DNA of 64,000 bases from the NCBI GenBank assembly GCA_964019425.1, contig OZ025786.1, positions 1,550,001 through 1,614,000 of the forward strand. The letters run 5' to 3'. This stretch comes from Flectonema sp. DT1601 (taxonomy: Eukaryota). Numbering within the stretch: the first letter of the stretch is position 1; the number at the start of each line of letters is the position of its first letter. Under the pieces are notes generated by a model, which was not told where the DNA came from, made no database searches, and saw only the letters and a list, made by a program, of their open reading frames with translations. Positions 1 to 11,427 of this stretch are shown here, one piece after another. Position numbers and translations under genes: made by a program.

Positions 1-79
1 AAGGTACATTTTTCCCCTTTGTCAAAAAAAAAAAAACGCGAAAGGCCACTATAGTGGCCTTCAGGGCTTAAAGGGTTAA
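1..79. mobile_element. Possible piggyBac-like element/MITE right terminus (element runs off window start)
   Basis: Ends ...GGGCTTAAAGGG followed by TTAA (76-79), i.e. TTAA-CCCTTT on the minus strand. Perfect 20-bp palindrome AAGGCCACTATAGTGGCCTT at 42-61. The other end is not visible. Confidence 0.4.
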
Positions 80-342
80 AGCCAATTATTTTTACTTTTT
101 TTAATTTTTTTTTTTTTTTAAATTTTCGGTTACTTAATTATGTATTCGGAGACGAGAAAAAAAAAAAAAAAAAAAAAAGAAAAACAATAGCCACTACGAT
201 GAAGGTATCCTGTCTGTTCGGTGTTCTGCTATTTATTGTCCATTTAGTTGTCTTTGGTATTACGTTCTATTAGTTTGTATTTCTTTTTCCCTTTTCCCTT
301 TTCCCTTTCCCTTTCCCTTTTTTTTTTTTTTTTTTTTTTTTT

Positions 343-390
343 GCACCGGCAAAAGTTCGGAGAAGAAACTATTCAGATTAAGAGCCGTTT
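343..390 (-). repeat. Dispersed short repeat family A, copy 1 (inverted)
   Basis: Reverse complement AAACGGCTCTTAATCTGAATAGTTTCTTCTCCGAACTTTTGCCGGTGC plus poly(A) aligns by eye with 4028-4073 and 32586-32634. Confidence 0.65.
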
Positions 391-880
391 TATTATTATT
401 TTTTAATCTTTTCTTTTTCCCTGTGCGCCAGTATTACTGTCTGAGCGGGTTCAAACAAAGTGAAGGTACTCAGAGGGCGTAAACTTAGTTTGTTTGGCAG
501 CAGCGTGCGGGTTATGTTACTTTTTTTTTTTTTTTTTTTGTATTTTTGTGAGTCTAATGTCATTTAATATGTGTCGTATACAATTTTTATTTTTATAGTA
601 TTTTTCTTTTTTTGTTTATTCTCTCCCTTTGACGAAAATTGGCGTTATCAACCGTATCTTACACTGTCTGCTCGCGCGGGCGGTGGGTTTAGGTAGTCAT
701 TTATTCCGGGTTATTCTACGTCTCTTATCGTATTACCCTGTTAGCTTTTCCTGGCTTTTGGCTTCCTAAACTTCGTAAATAAATAAACTCTATCATCTTA
801 ATTACTGTTCTTTTGCAAATTTAACTAACTAAAAACAACTTGAAATACGACCAAAAATTGATAAATTCGATTTATTAATA

Positions 881-990
881 AACTGGAATGAAGTCCTAAG
901 AGGGACGAGTAGTATAAGATTAAGGTTCCTTGAAACTATGTATTCCACAAGTGTTTTTATGGAACAGCAGAACAATGTATTTTTATAATT
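881..990 (+). repeat. Dispersed repeat family B, copy 1 (hammerhead-like, degenerate)
   Basis: ATGAAGTCCTAAGAGGGACGAGTAGTATAAGATTAAGGTTCCTTGAAACTAT is identical to the copy at ~4416; similarity continues through TTTATGGAACAGCAGA. Confidence 0.8.
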
Positions 991-1487
991 TATTTTCCTC
1001 TTTTTTTTTAATAATAAACTCATATTCTAACTAAATTAAAACGATATAGTCATAAGACACTTGTTGGTATCTATGGGTATCAATTATTCGATAAGGTGGA
1101 GTATTTTACTCTCACCAAGGTCTTAACTGTTTCTGTTAGGGAATGCTTTTTTTTTTTTTTTTTTTTTGGGGGGGGGTAAAGTCAACCCAAAAAATTTGGA
1201 AAAACGTATACTACAGTCACGGCCTTGTGGAGCTTCCACTAGAACCGTTGGCCCCCCTATTTCGGGCGAATTTTCTTTTCAAAATCAGTAATAGTGCAGT
1301 GGCTGGTACTATCTCTCTCGGGGGAGATTTTAGTTCCTCGAAATTCTTTTTTTTTCAGGTATCTGTTCAACTCGCTGTTACTCATTTTTTTTTAAGCTTG
1401 GAATTTTTTTTTTCTTTTCCGCTGTTCACTAGAAGTTGTAACATTTTTTTTCCCCCCAACTAACTCTGTCGTTTATTATTATTATTA

Positions 1488-3251
1488 CTGTAATTATAAA
1501 TATCACGGTGTATAAAAAATTTGGAGTATAACAACTTTGGATATAAAAAAGATGGTGGATTCTCGGAAAAAAAACTTGGTGGATTTTTATAAAAAAGTAT
1601 GAAAGTACACATTTTGACTGTAAAATGGTAGTTTTTGGGGATGAAATTTTTCACACTATGCGGAATTTTTTGAAAAAACGGGATCCTTTTGAACCCCTGA
1701 AGACGTCGGTAAGCAAGGTGGAGCTGGGTTTGATAAAGAAAGAGGAGCGGGTAAAGGAACACAAAAGTCTCGCTGCTATGAGAAGTGGTCAAGGGGGGAG
1801 TTGCTTAACATTGGTGAGATGGTGAACTCTGCCACCAATGTGTCAAGGGCGATTGCATACTTCAACACGGACCATAAGAAGAGATCAACAGTGCAGGCAG
1901 GGCAATGAAGCTCTTTGTTGAGGAACAAAAGAGGAAGACAAAGGGAGAACCACTAGAAGGGCAGGTGAAATCTGGGAGACCAACCATCTTAACCACTGAT
2001 GAGGAAGCGGGTGCTCGATTTAATTGAGAATATCCGTGCCTATGGTGGCTCTGTGTTTGCTTCTCTTCTCTGGTTTCAAGCACAGGTGATACGCCGGGAC
2101 GCGTGGATTCCGGTTACCTACAAGCAACATGGACCTACAAGTTCCTGGAACGGAAGGGTTGGATACCGTCTTGGAACCACTGCGAAAGTAGCGCCTGAAG
2201 CAGAACTCCTATCAGCTCGGTCAAGGTTTCTGGAGCAATAATCCCATACTTTATTAAGAAACGCTCCAATCGGATCTAAACTAACTAAAAAACACTCCAA
2301 TCGGATCACCCTGGCCTCGCAGTATATGCCCAGTTTAGGGGGCAGATAACTGAAGAAGTCCTTCGTCGATTTGAAGAAGCCAATACCACGGTTATACTGG
2401 TGCAAGGCGGATAGACTTCTCATCTCCGGCCGCTGGATCTAACTGTCATGGCCAACTTCAAAGAAGCATCAAGCTTTCTTGGTGAGTGGATGACAGAGCA
2501 GATGCGCAAGCGGGAGGAAAAGTTGAAAAAATCAAAGCAAAAAGCTGATAGAAACTTTAAAGCGCGCTGCGAAAGGGAAGGGTCCAAAGGGAGCTCCTGA
2601 ATCCGAACCCATGTCAAAATGGATGAAGGAGCTCACAAAAACGAAGTCGCAAATTGGGTGGATAATGACAGCCCTTGATAGTATTACGAAAAATACTATC
2701 ATGGCTGGTTTTATAAAAGCAGGTATTGTCAATCCTGCAAATCCACCCGAGTCCTGAAGTCCGTAGTTGTGAACATGAGTTCATGTTTCTTAATACCGCA
2801 CCTCATACCTCGGTGTATTACAACGATTGGAGAAGGGAACTCCTTAGTTGTAGTTGGCCTCGTCTAGACTACTACTTGCTGCTTTTAGGAATTTTGACAT
2901 CATTCATTAAGACTGGTGTGCAACCAGCTACCAACAACGTTATTTGTGGATATGTTGTCCTGATATGTATCTGGAAGCAACTTCAACATTAGTTATCAAT
3001 CCCCCACCAGGTTGGTACACAAGACCAGCCTGTAGAACTTTAACCAGTTCAAAATGTCGATAATTTAGTACCAAAGTCAAAAGAAAAAGGTCAAAAAAAA
3101 AAAATTTTTTTTTTTCTGGAATCCGAATTTTGCTAAGTGTTTTCTGTGAATGATTGTACTAAAAAAACTTTGGATATAATAAAGATGGTGGATTTGGCCA
3201 TTTTTTGCTGATTTGGAGACTTTTTATACACCATGATATTTATAATTACGG
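1488..3251 (+). mobile_element. pogo/Tigger-like (Tc1/mariner superfamily) DNA transposon, non-autonomous, copy 1
   Basis: 31-bp TIRs with 2 mismatches (CTGTAATTATAAATATCACGGTGTATAAAAA ... TTTTTATACACCATGATATTTATAATTACGG), TA on both sides (1486-87, 3252-53). Frameshifted transposase remnants: GRPTILTTDEE (HTH region), RPLDLTVMANFK (DDE_1 QPLD motif), ALDSITKNTIMAGFIKAGI. Confidence 0.9.
1657..2760 (+). pseudogene. Frameshifted, apparently internally deleted pogo-like transposase
   Basis: Transposase-like peptides are split over several frames and most of the DDE core appears to be missing. Boundaries approximate. Confidence 0.7.
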
Positions 3252-3889
3252 TATTATTTTTTTTCTTTTTTCGGAAACTGTCTGGCTGTATTTCTGTGTC
3301 ACTTGAGCAAAAGTTTTGTTTTACTTTCCCATTTGGCACACACATCTATGGATTTATGTTAAGGGATTGATTCAAAGCTAATAACACAAACGGTCAAAGA
3401 ATATGATGATTTGGGAAATGATAAGGTAATCTTTTTTTTTTTTTTGGAACTTCTGCTGAGTTTATGCGTGTTGTTGACACACGGGAACCCATAGGGCAGC
3501 TCATGCCTGCATGAGTTAGATACCGATGAACCCGGTTAGAAACAGATTATCTGAATCTCTTTGCATAAAACTTCCAGAGGTTGGGAACACTATCAGGACC
3601 TGAAGCACAACTCTACCTGTCCGTGAGTATTTGTCTTTGCTAATCTCGTCAAAATCAGATGGAACTCTTGTGGTTATTTCAAACTTTTGAAATCCTGAGA
3701 ATTTTCGAAAATTTTTTTTTTGTGTGGAATTAGATATCCGTGTTTTTTTTCTCTTCTTTTTTTCTCTTGCTGTTCATGCAATGGTTAGTGTTAGTAGGGG
3801 AATAACACAGTCAGGGTGTTAATGTTATACTGAAATTATAGGTTTATCAAGGCAAAGGATTGGTTATTGGAGATGAAAACAAAAAATAT

Positions 3890-3923
<34 letters not shown>

Positions 3924-4027
3924 AAGAAGAGAAAAAAAAGCATTCAGATTAATCTTATGTTTTCGTTGAACGCAGACAGAATCCTGTCCGCATGGTGAGG
4001 GGAAAATAAATTATGACTATATGAAAT

Positions 4028-4073
4028 AACGGCTTTCAATCTAAAGTAGTTTGTTCTCCGGCTATGTCGGTAC
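4028..4073 (+). repeat. Dispersed short repeat family A, copy 2
   Basis: AACGGCTTTCAATCTAAAGTAGTTTGTTCTCCGGCTATGTCGGTAC followed by a poly(A) run. Confidence 0.7.
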
Positions 4074-4406
4074 AAAAAAAAAAAAAAAAAAAAAGTCTAT
4101 CGATCCATGAAATTAAATTTGTCACTACTTCTTCCTTTTATGTCTTTCCCTTTATGTATGTTAATTTTATTTTATTTTCTGGGATTAGGTCCACTGCCTA
4201 ACTTGCACTCGGTAGTTCGGACTAGTTAGCTGATACTGGTATTTGATTGATTTTATTGTTTATTTTGTGATAACCCGCAACTAAAACCTTAATCAATATC
4301 GTTAAACTAAGGCAAGGTGGAAAAAAAAGCTGTAGATTGATTTCCCTTTTATTTAGTTACTGCTACGGCTATGGATTGTGTGGTAAATTACCCCGACTAA
4401 CCCGAA

Positions 4407-4515
4407 AACTTGCTGATGAAGTCCTAAGAGGGACGAGTAGTATAAGATTAAGGTTCCTTGAAACTATATATTTCATGGTAATTTATGGAACAGCAGATTT
4501 GTGTTTTTTATAACT
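4407..4515 (+). repeat. Dispersed repeat family B, copy 2 (hammerhead-like, degenerate)
   Basis: AACTTG-CTGATGA-A-GTCC-TAAGAG-GGAC-GAGTAGTATAAGATT; shares ~100 bp with 881-990. Confidence 0.8.
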
Positions 4516-5149
4516 TTTTTTTTATTTCTTGGCTTCTTAGGGGAAAATTCTATGCTTTTTGCGGTGAAAATCAGAAAAGCGCGGTATATCACTCTTGGCT
4601 GAGCGTGAAGTTTTTTCACCGCAAACATTATTTCACGCCTGGGCATGTGACTTATTTTTGACTTTCGAAGTGAATTTTTTTCTATTTTTTTTTTTTTTTT
4701 TTTGAGGAAAACCTGATAAGGATTGTCCTGGAGATTCACTTCTCACTACAGGACATGTCACCTAAAGGAGGGCTCGTAGACCGTCGGTGTAAATTTTCCC
4801 TTCGAAACGACGGTTTTAAATACAAATTCGGATACAGATTTTCACTTGTGGGTGGGTTCTTACCTCGTTTACTCCCACGCGCGTGAAAAACCAAAGGTTA
4901 TTAACAATCAGTTATCTTATTTTAATTTATTATTTTTATTTTCTTTTTTAAAAAAAAATATTTTAATTTATTGTAAAACTGTCTTATAAAAAACTAAGCT
5001 GTAGAATGATGCTTAGGGACAAAATAAATGTCATATCGTCTTTGCAAGTTTCAGTTCACTTACTAGACGTGTAAGAAGAAACCCTCTGACACAATGTGAT
5101 TGGATAATTTGATGGGACTTCAACAACATGCACCTTACTTTTATATATA

Positions 5150-6910
5150 CTGTAATTATAAATATCACGGTGTATAAAAAATTTGGAGTATAACAACTTT
5201 GGATATAAAAAAGATGGTGGATTCTCGGAAAAAAAACTTGGTGGATTTTTATAAAAAAGGATGAAAGTACACATTTTGACTGTAAAATGGTAGTTTTTGG
5301 GGATGAAATTTTTCACACTATGCGGAATTTTTTGAAAAAACGGGATCCTTTTGAACCCCTGAAGACGTCGGTAAGCAAGGTGGAGCTGGGTTTGATAAAG
5401 AAAGAGGAGCGGGTAAAGGAGCACAAGAGTCTCGCTGCTATGAGAAGTGGTCAAGGGGGGAGTTGCTTAACGTTGGTGAGATGGTGAACTCTGCCACCAA
5501 TGTGTCAAGGGCGATTGCATACTTCAACACGGACCATAAGAAGAGATCAACAGTGCAGGCAGGGCAATGAAGCTCTTGGTTGAAGAACAAAAGAGGAAGA
5601 CAAAGGGAGAACCACTAGAAGGGCAGGTGAAATCTGGGAGACCAACCATCTTAACCACTGATGAGGAAGCGGGTGCTCGATTTAATTGAGAATATCCGTG
5701 CCTACGGTGGCTCTGTGTTTGCTTCTCTTCTCTGGTTTCAAGCACAGGTGATACGCCGGAACGCGTGGATTCCGGTTCCCTACAAGCAACATGGACCTAC
5801 AAGTTCCTGGAACGGAAGGGTTGGATACCGTCTTGGAACCACTGCGAAAGTAGCGCCTGAAGCAGAACTCCTATCAGCTCGGTCAAGGTTTCTGGAGCAA
5901 TAATCCCATACTTTATTAAGAAACGCTCCAATCGGATCTAAACTAACTAAAAAACACTCCAATCGGATCACTGGCCTCGCAGTATATGCCCAGTTTAGGG
6001 GGCAGATAACTGAAGAAGTCCTTTGTCGATTTGAAGAAGCCAATATCACGGTTATGCTGGTGCAAGGCGGATGGACTTCTCATCTCCGGCCGCTGGATCT
6101 AACTGTCATGGCCAACTTCAAAGAAGCATCAAGCTTTCTTGGTGAGTGGATGACAGAGCAGATGCGCAAGCGGGAGGAAAAGTTGAAAAAATCAAAGCAA
6201 AAAGCTGATAGAAACTTTAAAGCGCGCTGCGAAAGGGAAGGGTCCAAAGGGAGCTCCTGAATCCGAACCCATGTCAAAATGGATGAAGGAGCTCACAAAA
6301 ACGAAGTCGCAAATTGGGTGGATAGTGACAGCCCTTGATAGTATTACGAAAAATACTATCATGGCTGGTTTTATAAAAGCAGGTATTGTCAATCCTGCAA
6401 ATCCACCCGAGCTCCTGAAGTCTGTAGTTGTGAACATGAGTTCATGTTTCTTAATACCGCACCTCATACCTCGGTGTATTACAACGATTGGAGAAGGGAA
6501 CTCCTTAGTTGTAGTTGGCCTCGTCTAGACTACTACTTGCTGCTTTTAGGAATTTTGACATCATTCATTAAGACTGGTGTGCAACCAGCTACCAACAACG
6601 TTATTTGTGGATATGTTGTCCTGATATGTATCTGGAAGCAACTTCAACATTAGTTATCAATCCCCCACCAGGTTGGTACACAAGACCAGCCTGTAGAACT
6701 TTAACCAGTTCAAAATGTCGATAATTTAGTACCAAAGTCAAAAGAAAAAGGTCAAAAAAAAAAAATTTTTTTTTCTGGAATCCGAATTTTGCTAAGTGTT
6801 TTCTGTGAATGATTGTACTAAAAAAACTTTGGATATAATAAAGATGGTGGATTTGGCCATTTTTTGCTGATTTGGAGACTTTTTATACACCATGATATTT
6901 ATAATTACGG
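5150..6910 (+). mobile_element. pogo/Tigger-like DNA transposon, non-autonomous, copy 2
   Basis: Near-identical to 1488-3251 with the same TIRs; TA at 5148-49 and 6911-12; flanks differ from copy 1. Confidence 0.9.
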
Positions 6911-7261
6911 TATTTTTTTTATTGTCTTTTGTTACTTCCCACTGTTACGGTAATGCTATTAGTCAAATTAATTTTAGCAAAAAAAAAAAAAAAACAGAAA
7001 TTATTGGTTACTTTTAGAGTTTATGGAAAAAAAAAAAAAAAAATGGAAAAAAAATGAAAAAATAGTGGTATTATATATAGCTTAACTGTGTCATGCTTTT
7101 TTTAAATTATTTTTAGCGGAGGCTACTTTATAAATAGCAATGCATCCGAGAGTGCGTAAGTATGGCAAATGGAATGCCTTTTTCAACGTGTAAATGCAAT
7201 GCCTATTAGGAAGACGAAAATTCTTCTCACCCGCAAACACGAACTGGATCAACACCGAACG

Positions 7262-7296
<35 letters not shown>

Positions 7297-7575
7297 TATC
7301 TATCCAACGAAATTTGTTTTTCTTTGTGTGAATGTGAACAAAAAGCCTTTCTTAGAAAAAAAAAAACTGATTCTTTTTTGTTTCCTTTTTTGTTCTTCTT
7401 GTTATTTGGACATTCCTTTTCTGTTTTTTTTATAGCTTTTTCCCCCTTTTCACCTCCCAGCCACCTCGGTTTGTATTGTTCATTTAAATGGTCAAACCTG
7501 TTAGAATATTGAGCAATGTATTAGTTTTTCTTCATTCAATCTTAACAGAAATTTTTTGGAAAAAAAAAAAAAAAA

Positions 7576-8451
7576 ATGGATTCCGTAGTCGACACTCACG
7601 TCCACCTCTCTGATAGAGAGAGATGGCAATTACCTGCATACGGTTGGCATAAGGAGGATCCAAAAATTGATCATGACTTTACCCCGGCAGTGTTTAATTC
7701 CGAAGTCTGTGAAACCGTTGAAAAGGTAATCTTTTGCGAGTGCATGTGTGCGGAAAGTGAGGAGTTAATGGCAGCAGAAGCGCAATGGGTATGCGAAATG
7801 GCTTCAAAAAACTCACACAAATTAGTTGGAGCAATTGCCTCGGCACCACTTGGCTTCGTAGAAGGAAACGATCTAAAGAAATATCTAAACACTATCAAAC
7901 ACCCAAACCTTAAAGGAATCAGACAACTAATTCAAGGAAAAGATGAGGGTTTTGGAGTTACTTCGAAATACATTGACGGATGCAAAGCAATCGGTGAAGC
8001 AAATCTCATAGTTGATCTCTGCGTCAAGGGACAGTTAGATTCTTGTATTGTACTTGCGGAGAAATGTCCTGAAACGACTTTCGTTCTAGATCATATCGGA
8101 AAACCAAACATAACAGGAGAGGGTGGTGTTTCTGATAAGGATTGGGAATCAAAAATTGCGCTTTTGGCGAAATTTTCAAATGTAAATGTGAAAATATCAG
8201 GCATAATCACAGAGGTAAAAGGAGCTACTTGGACGCCATCTCTCATCGAACCTTACATTCAATATGTTATCACTACCTTTTCATGGGATAGAGTTATGTA
8301 TGGATCTGATTGGTACGCTAGTAAGTTAGCATCTGAAACATACGGTGAGTGGATTAACGCACTGAAACAGCTTCCATTTATTAAAAATGCGGGAGAAGAC
8401 AATCAGCGAAAATTATTTAAACAAAACGCTGAAAGAATTTACAAATTATAA
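7576..8451 (+). CDS. Amidohydrolase_2 family metal-dependent hydrolase (sugar-lactonase-like)
   Basis: 291-aa ORF with VDTHVHL, GIRQ, FVLDHIGKP, VKISG, RVMYGSDW, NAERIYKL motifs. Confidence 0.85.
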   Translation: MDSVVDTHVHLSDRERWQLPAYGWHKEDPKIDHDFTPAVFNSEVCETVEKVIFCECMCAESEELMAAEAQWVCEMASKNSHKLVGAIASAPLGFVEGNDLKKYLNTIKHPNLKGIRQLIQGKDEGFGVTSKYIDGCKAIGEANLIVDLCVKGQLDSCIVLAEKCPETTFVLDHIGKPNITGEGGVSDKDWESKIALLAKFSNVNVKISGIITEVKGATWTPSLIEPYIQYVITTFSWDRVMYGSDWYASKLASETYGEWINALKQLPFIKNAGEDNQRKLFKQNAERIYKL

Positions 8452-8945
8452 AACAAAAAAAAAAAAAGTAAAGCAAAAATAAAAAAATAAAAAAAATAAA
8501 AAAATAATGTACTAATTAGAAACTAATGTGTGAATGCTAGTCGGACAGCATTTGTTTGCTGATTCACAGCAATAATAAAAAAAGGTTATTTGTAATTTAG
8601 TAATTTTTTTTTCTTCTTGTGAAACATTTTCGATTTCAACTCCACAAAAGAAATCTAACCGTACAATCAAAAAAAATGAAATATAAATAACAAATGCTGG
8701 TTCAACTTCGACCGAATAACCACGTGCGTATTCTTTTTTTTTTCCCCTTTTTTTTTTTTGAAAACTTTTCTTACCCACTCGCAAAGGGGCCAATGAGAGC
8801 TATGTGTGTGTTGTGTAGAGATAACGCCTTGACAAGTTACTTCTCATTCAGTCAGGTGTTGCTGCATTATTATGTCATTTATTTGGTAGTGGTAAACCTT
8901 AAGAACAAACTCATATCTTAACTCCTCTTACAGTAGGGAGGGAGG

Positions 8946-10172
8946 ATGCCTCTCCTTGCAAGGAGACTGCAGCGAGGGTGTCGACAAAGTTCCAGACTTT
9001 CCTGGTCTGGTGGAGGTAGAGTGTTAACGGCTGTCGTCAGCTGCAGAGCTGTCGAAAGCGCTGGCATGGGAATGATGGTTCCTCTTCTCCCAATGCTGGC
9101 TGAAGGTGTTGGTATCGGAGCCAGTGGAGTCGGCCTCATGGTAGGCGCTGCATCAACAGGAAAAATATTCTCTTCCTTAGCAATAGGAAGAGTTGCAGAT
9201 AAATCAGAAAATAGGAAAATTCTTATGATACTTGGTCGTATTACATGGTCTTTATCCGTCCTTGGAACTGCTTTGAGCACTACATTCTTCCCTCTTCTCC
9301 TCTCTCGCTTTACAATGGGAGTTGCAGCAGCGGCATCAACCGCTTGTGCAACAGCCTACGTAACTGACATTGCTGCTTCTATGACGCACAATAAAAATCT
9401 AACTCTCTGCAGTTTAGATTGCGCTTCCAGTTTCTCTTATGCCGCAGGTCCCCTACTGGGGGGAATTCTTGTGACTCATCTCGGAGTTAGCAGTCCGTTT
9501 TATATTCTTGGTGCTGCATCAGCTGCTGCAGTCTTCGCAGTTCACTTTTACCTCCCAGACGGGACTGGTGCAAAGAAGATTGAAGGAAATGTTGAAAAAG
9601 TACTTTCCTTTAAAAGTATAATAACAGGGATTCGAACAGCACCTGAAGCAATCATACTAGGAAGGGTTGCGACATATGTCGGATGGGGAGCAATGCTAAC
9701 ACTCGTTCCATTACAAGCTGCAACTGTCTGGGGAGCCACTGCGACAGATATCGGAATCGTATTTTCTGTTGCTGCTTCTGTTGGAATTATTTGTATGCCG
9801 GTTGCAGCTACTCTCGTTGATAAGTTTGGTTCTCAACATCTATATCGCATAGCTGCAGTGTTAGCTGTTGTTGGATGCACTGGTGTCGCTTGTTCTTCAA
9901 CATATCTCCAGTTCTTTGTGTCATTTCTAGTTTGGGAAACTGGCGAAGGAATACTCGCTTCTGTGTTAACATCAGTCACAGTGGAAACTGCTGCTGAGAA
10001 TCGCAAAGCAGAACTTATCACAACAACAAAACAAGCTGGTGAAGTTGCTCTTCTCCTCAGTTGTCCACTTTTTGGGGTCTTGGCGGACGTGTTTTCTCCT
10101 ACTTGCGGATTGTTAACTTGCGCTTCATTAACAGCAGCTCTCTTTTTACGTAGTGGTTATACAATGACTTGA
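8946..10172 (+). CDS. Major facilitator superfamily (DHA1-like) transporter
   Basis: 408 aa, about 12 hydrophobic segments; motif A-like GRVADKSENRK and LVDKFG; LLLSRFTMG; AGPLLGG. Confidence 0.85.
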   Translation: MPLLARRLQRGCRQSSRLSWSGGGRVLTAVVSCRAVESAGMGMMVPLLPMLAEGVGIGASGVGLMVGAASTGKIFSSLAIGRVADKSENRKILMILGRITWSLSVLGTALSTTFFPLLLSRFTMGVAAAASTACATAYVTDIAASMTHNKNLTLCSLDCASSFSYAAGPLLGGILVTHLGVSSPFYILGAASAAAVFAVHFYLPDGTGAKKIEGNVEKVLSFKSIITGIRTAPEAIILGRVATYVGWGAMLTLVPLQAATVWGATATDIGIVFSVAASVGIICMPVAATLVDKFGSQHLYRIAAVLAVVGCTGVACSSTYLQFFVSFLVWETGEGILASVLTSVTVETAAENRKAELITTTKQAGEVALLLSCPLFGVLADVFSPTCGLLTCASLTAALFLRSGYTMT

Positions 10173-10861
10173 TACAGCCACATTAATATAATGTTGGCCA
10201 TTCTTGAGCTTGAGTAAACAGTTTTAAACTGCTGCAAGGAATATATTTTCTTAATTTTTTTTCCTTTTTTTTTTTTTTTCAGTTCTGTTTTTTTTTTCTT
10301 TTTTTTTTCGGGAAGTTCTGTGCAAAAGTGTTAAATCAGATCTTTTAGTAATTGAGTACGCTTTTCCTCCTTCCTATTTTCTCATTTTCTGATTTGCCTT
10401 ACGTAATTGGCGTTCAGAAGAGATAAAAGATCGATGTACTGATCAGTGCAGTTACTCATTTCATTTTTTTTATGTGTAGTTATGTTTTTTTTTTAAAAAT
10501 TCTATACCCTCGGGATTTGATTAGCATTCTTCATTTTTTTTTACTCTTTTTTTTCAATGACATTATTCTCGTTAAGGGTAAGAAAAAAAAAAAAAAAACT
10601 ACTTTTTTTTTTTCTCTCTCTCTGCGTATACCGTGACGGAGCGCCACCGCGCCAGTCAGTCTTTTTTTTTTCATTTTTTTTTTTTTTTTTTTTTTTTTCC
10701 GTAACCTCATACGGGATGAGTAATTCTGCTACATGTTTTAGTCAATTTTCCATTTTTAAAATTGAACCTTCCAATCTACCAGGTCAACATGTTTCTATGA
10801 GCCCAAGATGATATATCGCAAAAAACTTTTTGTGTGACAGGTAAAAAAAAAAAAAAAAAAA

Positions 10862-11427
10862 ATGTCCGTGAAACCAATTTTAAAGCATGGTACAAGTTTC
10901 GTTGATGGAACACATCAAGTTGCAGATTCGAGACACATGAAATGGGATGAGGGTAATCTAAAAGAAAATCAAGAATATATGGATAACAATCCGAAAATGA
11001 AAATAGATGAACCGGACACTCCCTTCGTAGAATACAAAATGGAAGATGACCAAGAACTCAAACACGATGAGGAAACTGAAGAACTTGAAAAACGACGTAA
11101 ATTAGAAATTGAAAAACATACTGAAATTGATATCCACGCTAGACTTGTAATGGCTGAAGCGAAGCTTAACAAGCACGTCGATAAAACTGATGATGTGACC
11201 ACACCAACTGAAAAGGATAAAGAAGCGGATTTTAAAAATAAAAGACGTGCTGTGTATGCTGACGAAGGCGCAAAGTATGTTAATAATTATTTTTTTTTAA
11301 AAACAGCTGATAAAAAAAAAATCAAAATTAATTAACAAAAAAAAAAAAAATTAGATTTAAAGATCTTCTCAAGAATGGTATTCCTGACTCAGATGAAGAA
11401 GATGACGATGATGAAGATGAAAAATAA
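10862..11427 (+). CDS. PPP1R2: Protein phosphatase 1 inhibitor-2 (spliced: 10862-11274, 11355-11427)
   Basis: KPILK, MKWDEGNL, MKIDEPDTPF and FKNKRRAVY motifs. Removing the GTATGT...TTAG intron 11275-11354 gives an acidic C-terminus KFKDLLKNGIPDSDEEDDDDEDEK*. Confidence 0.85.
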
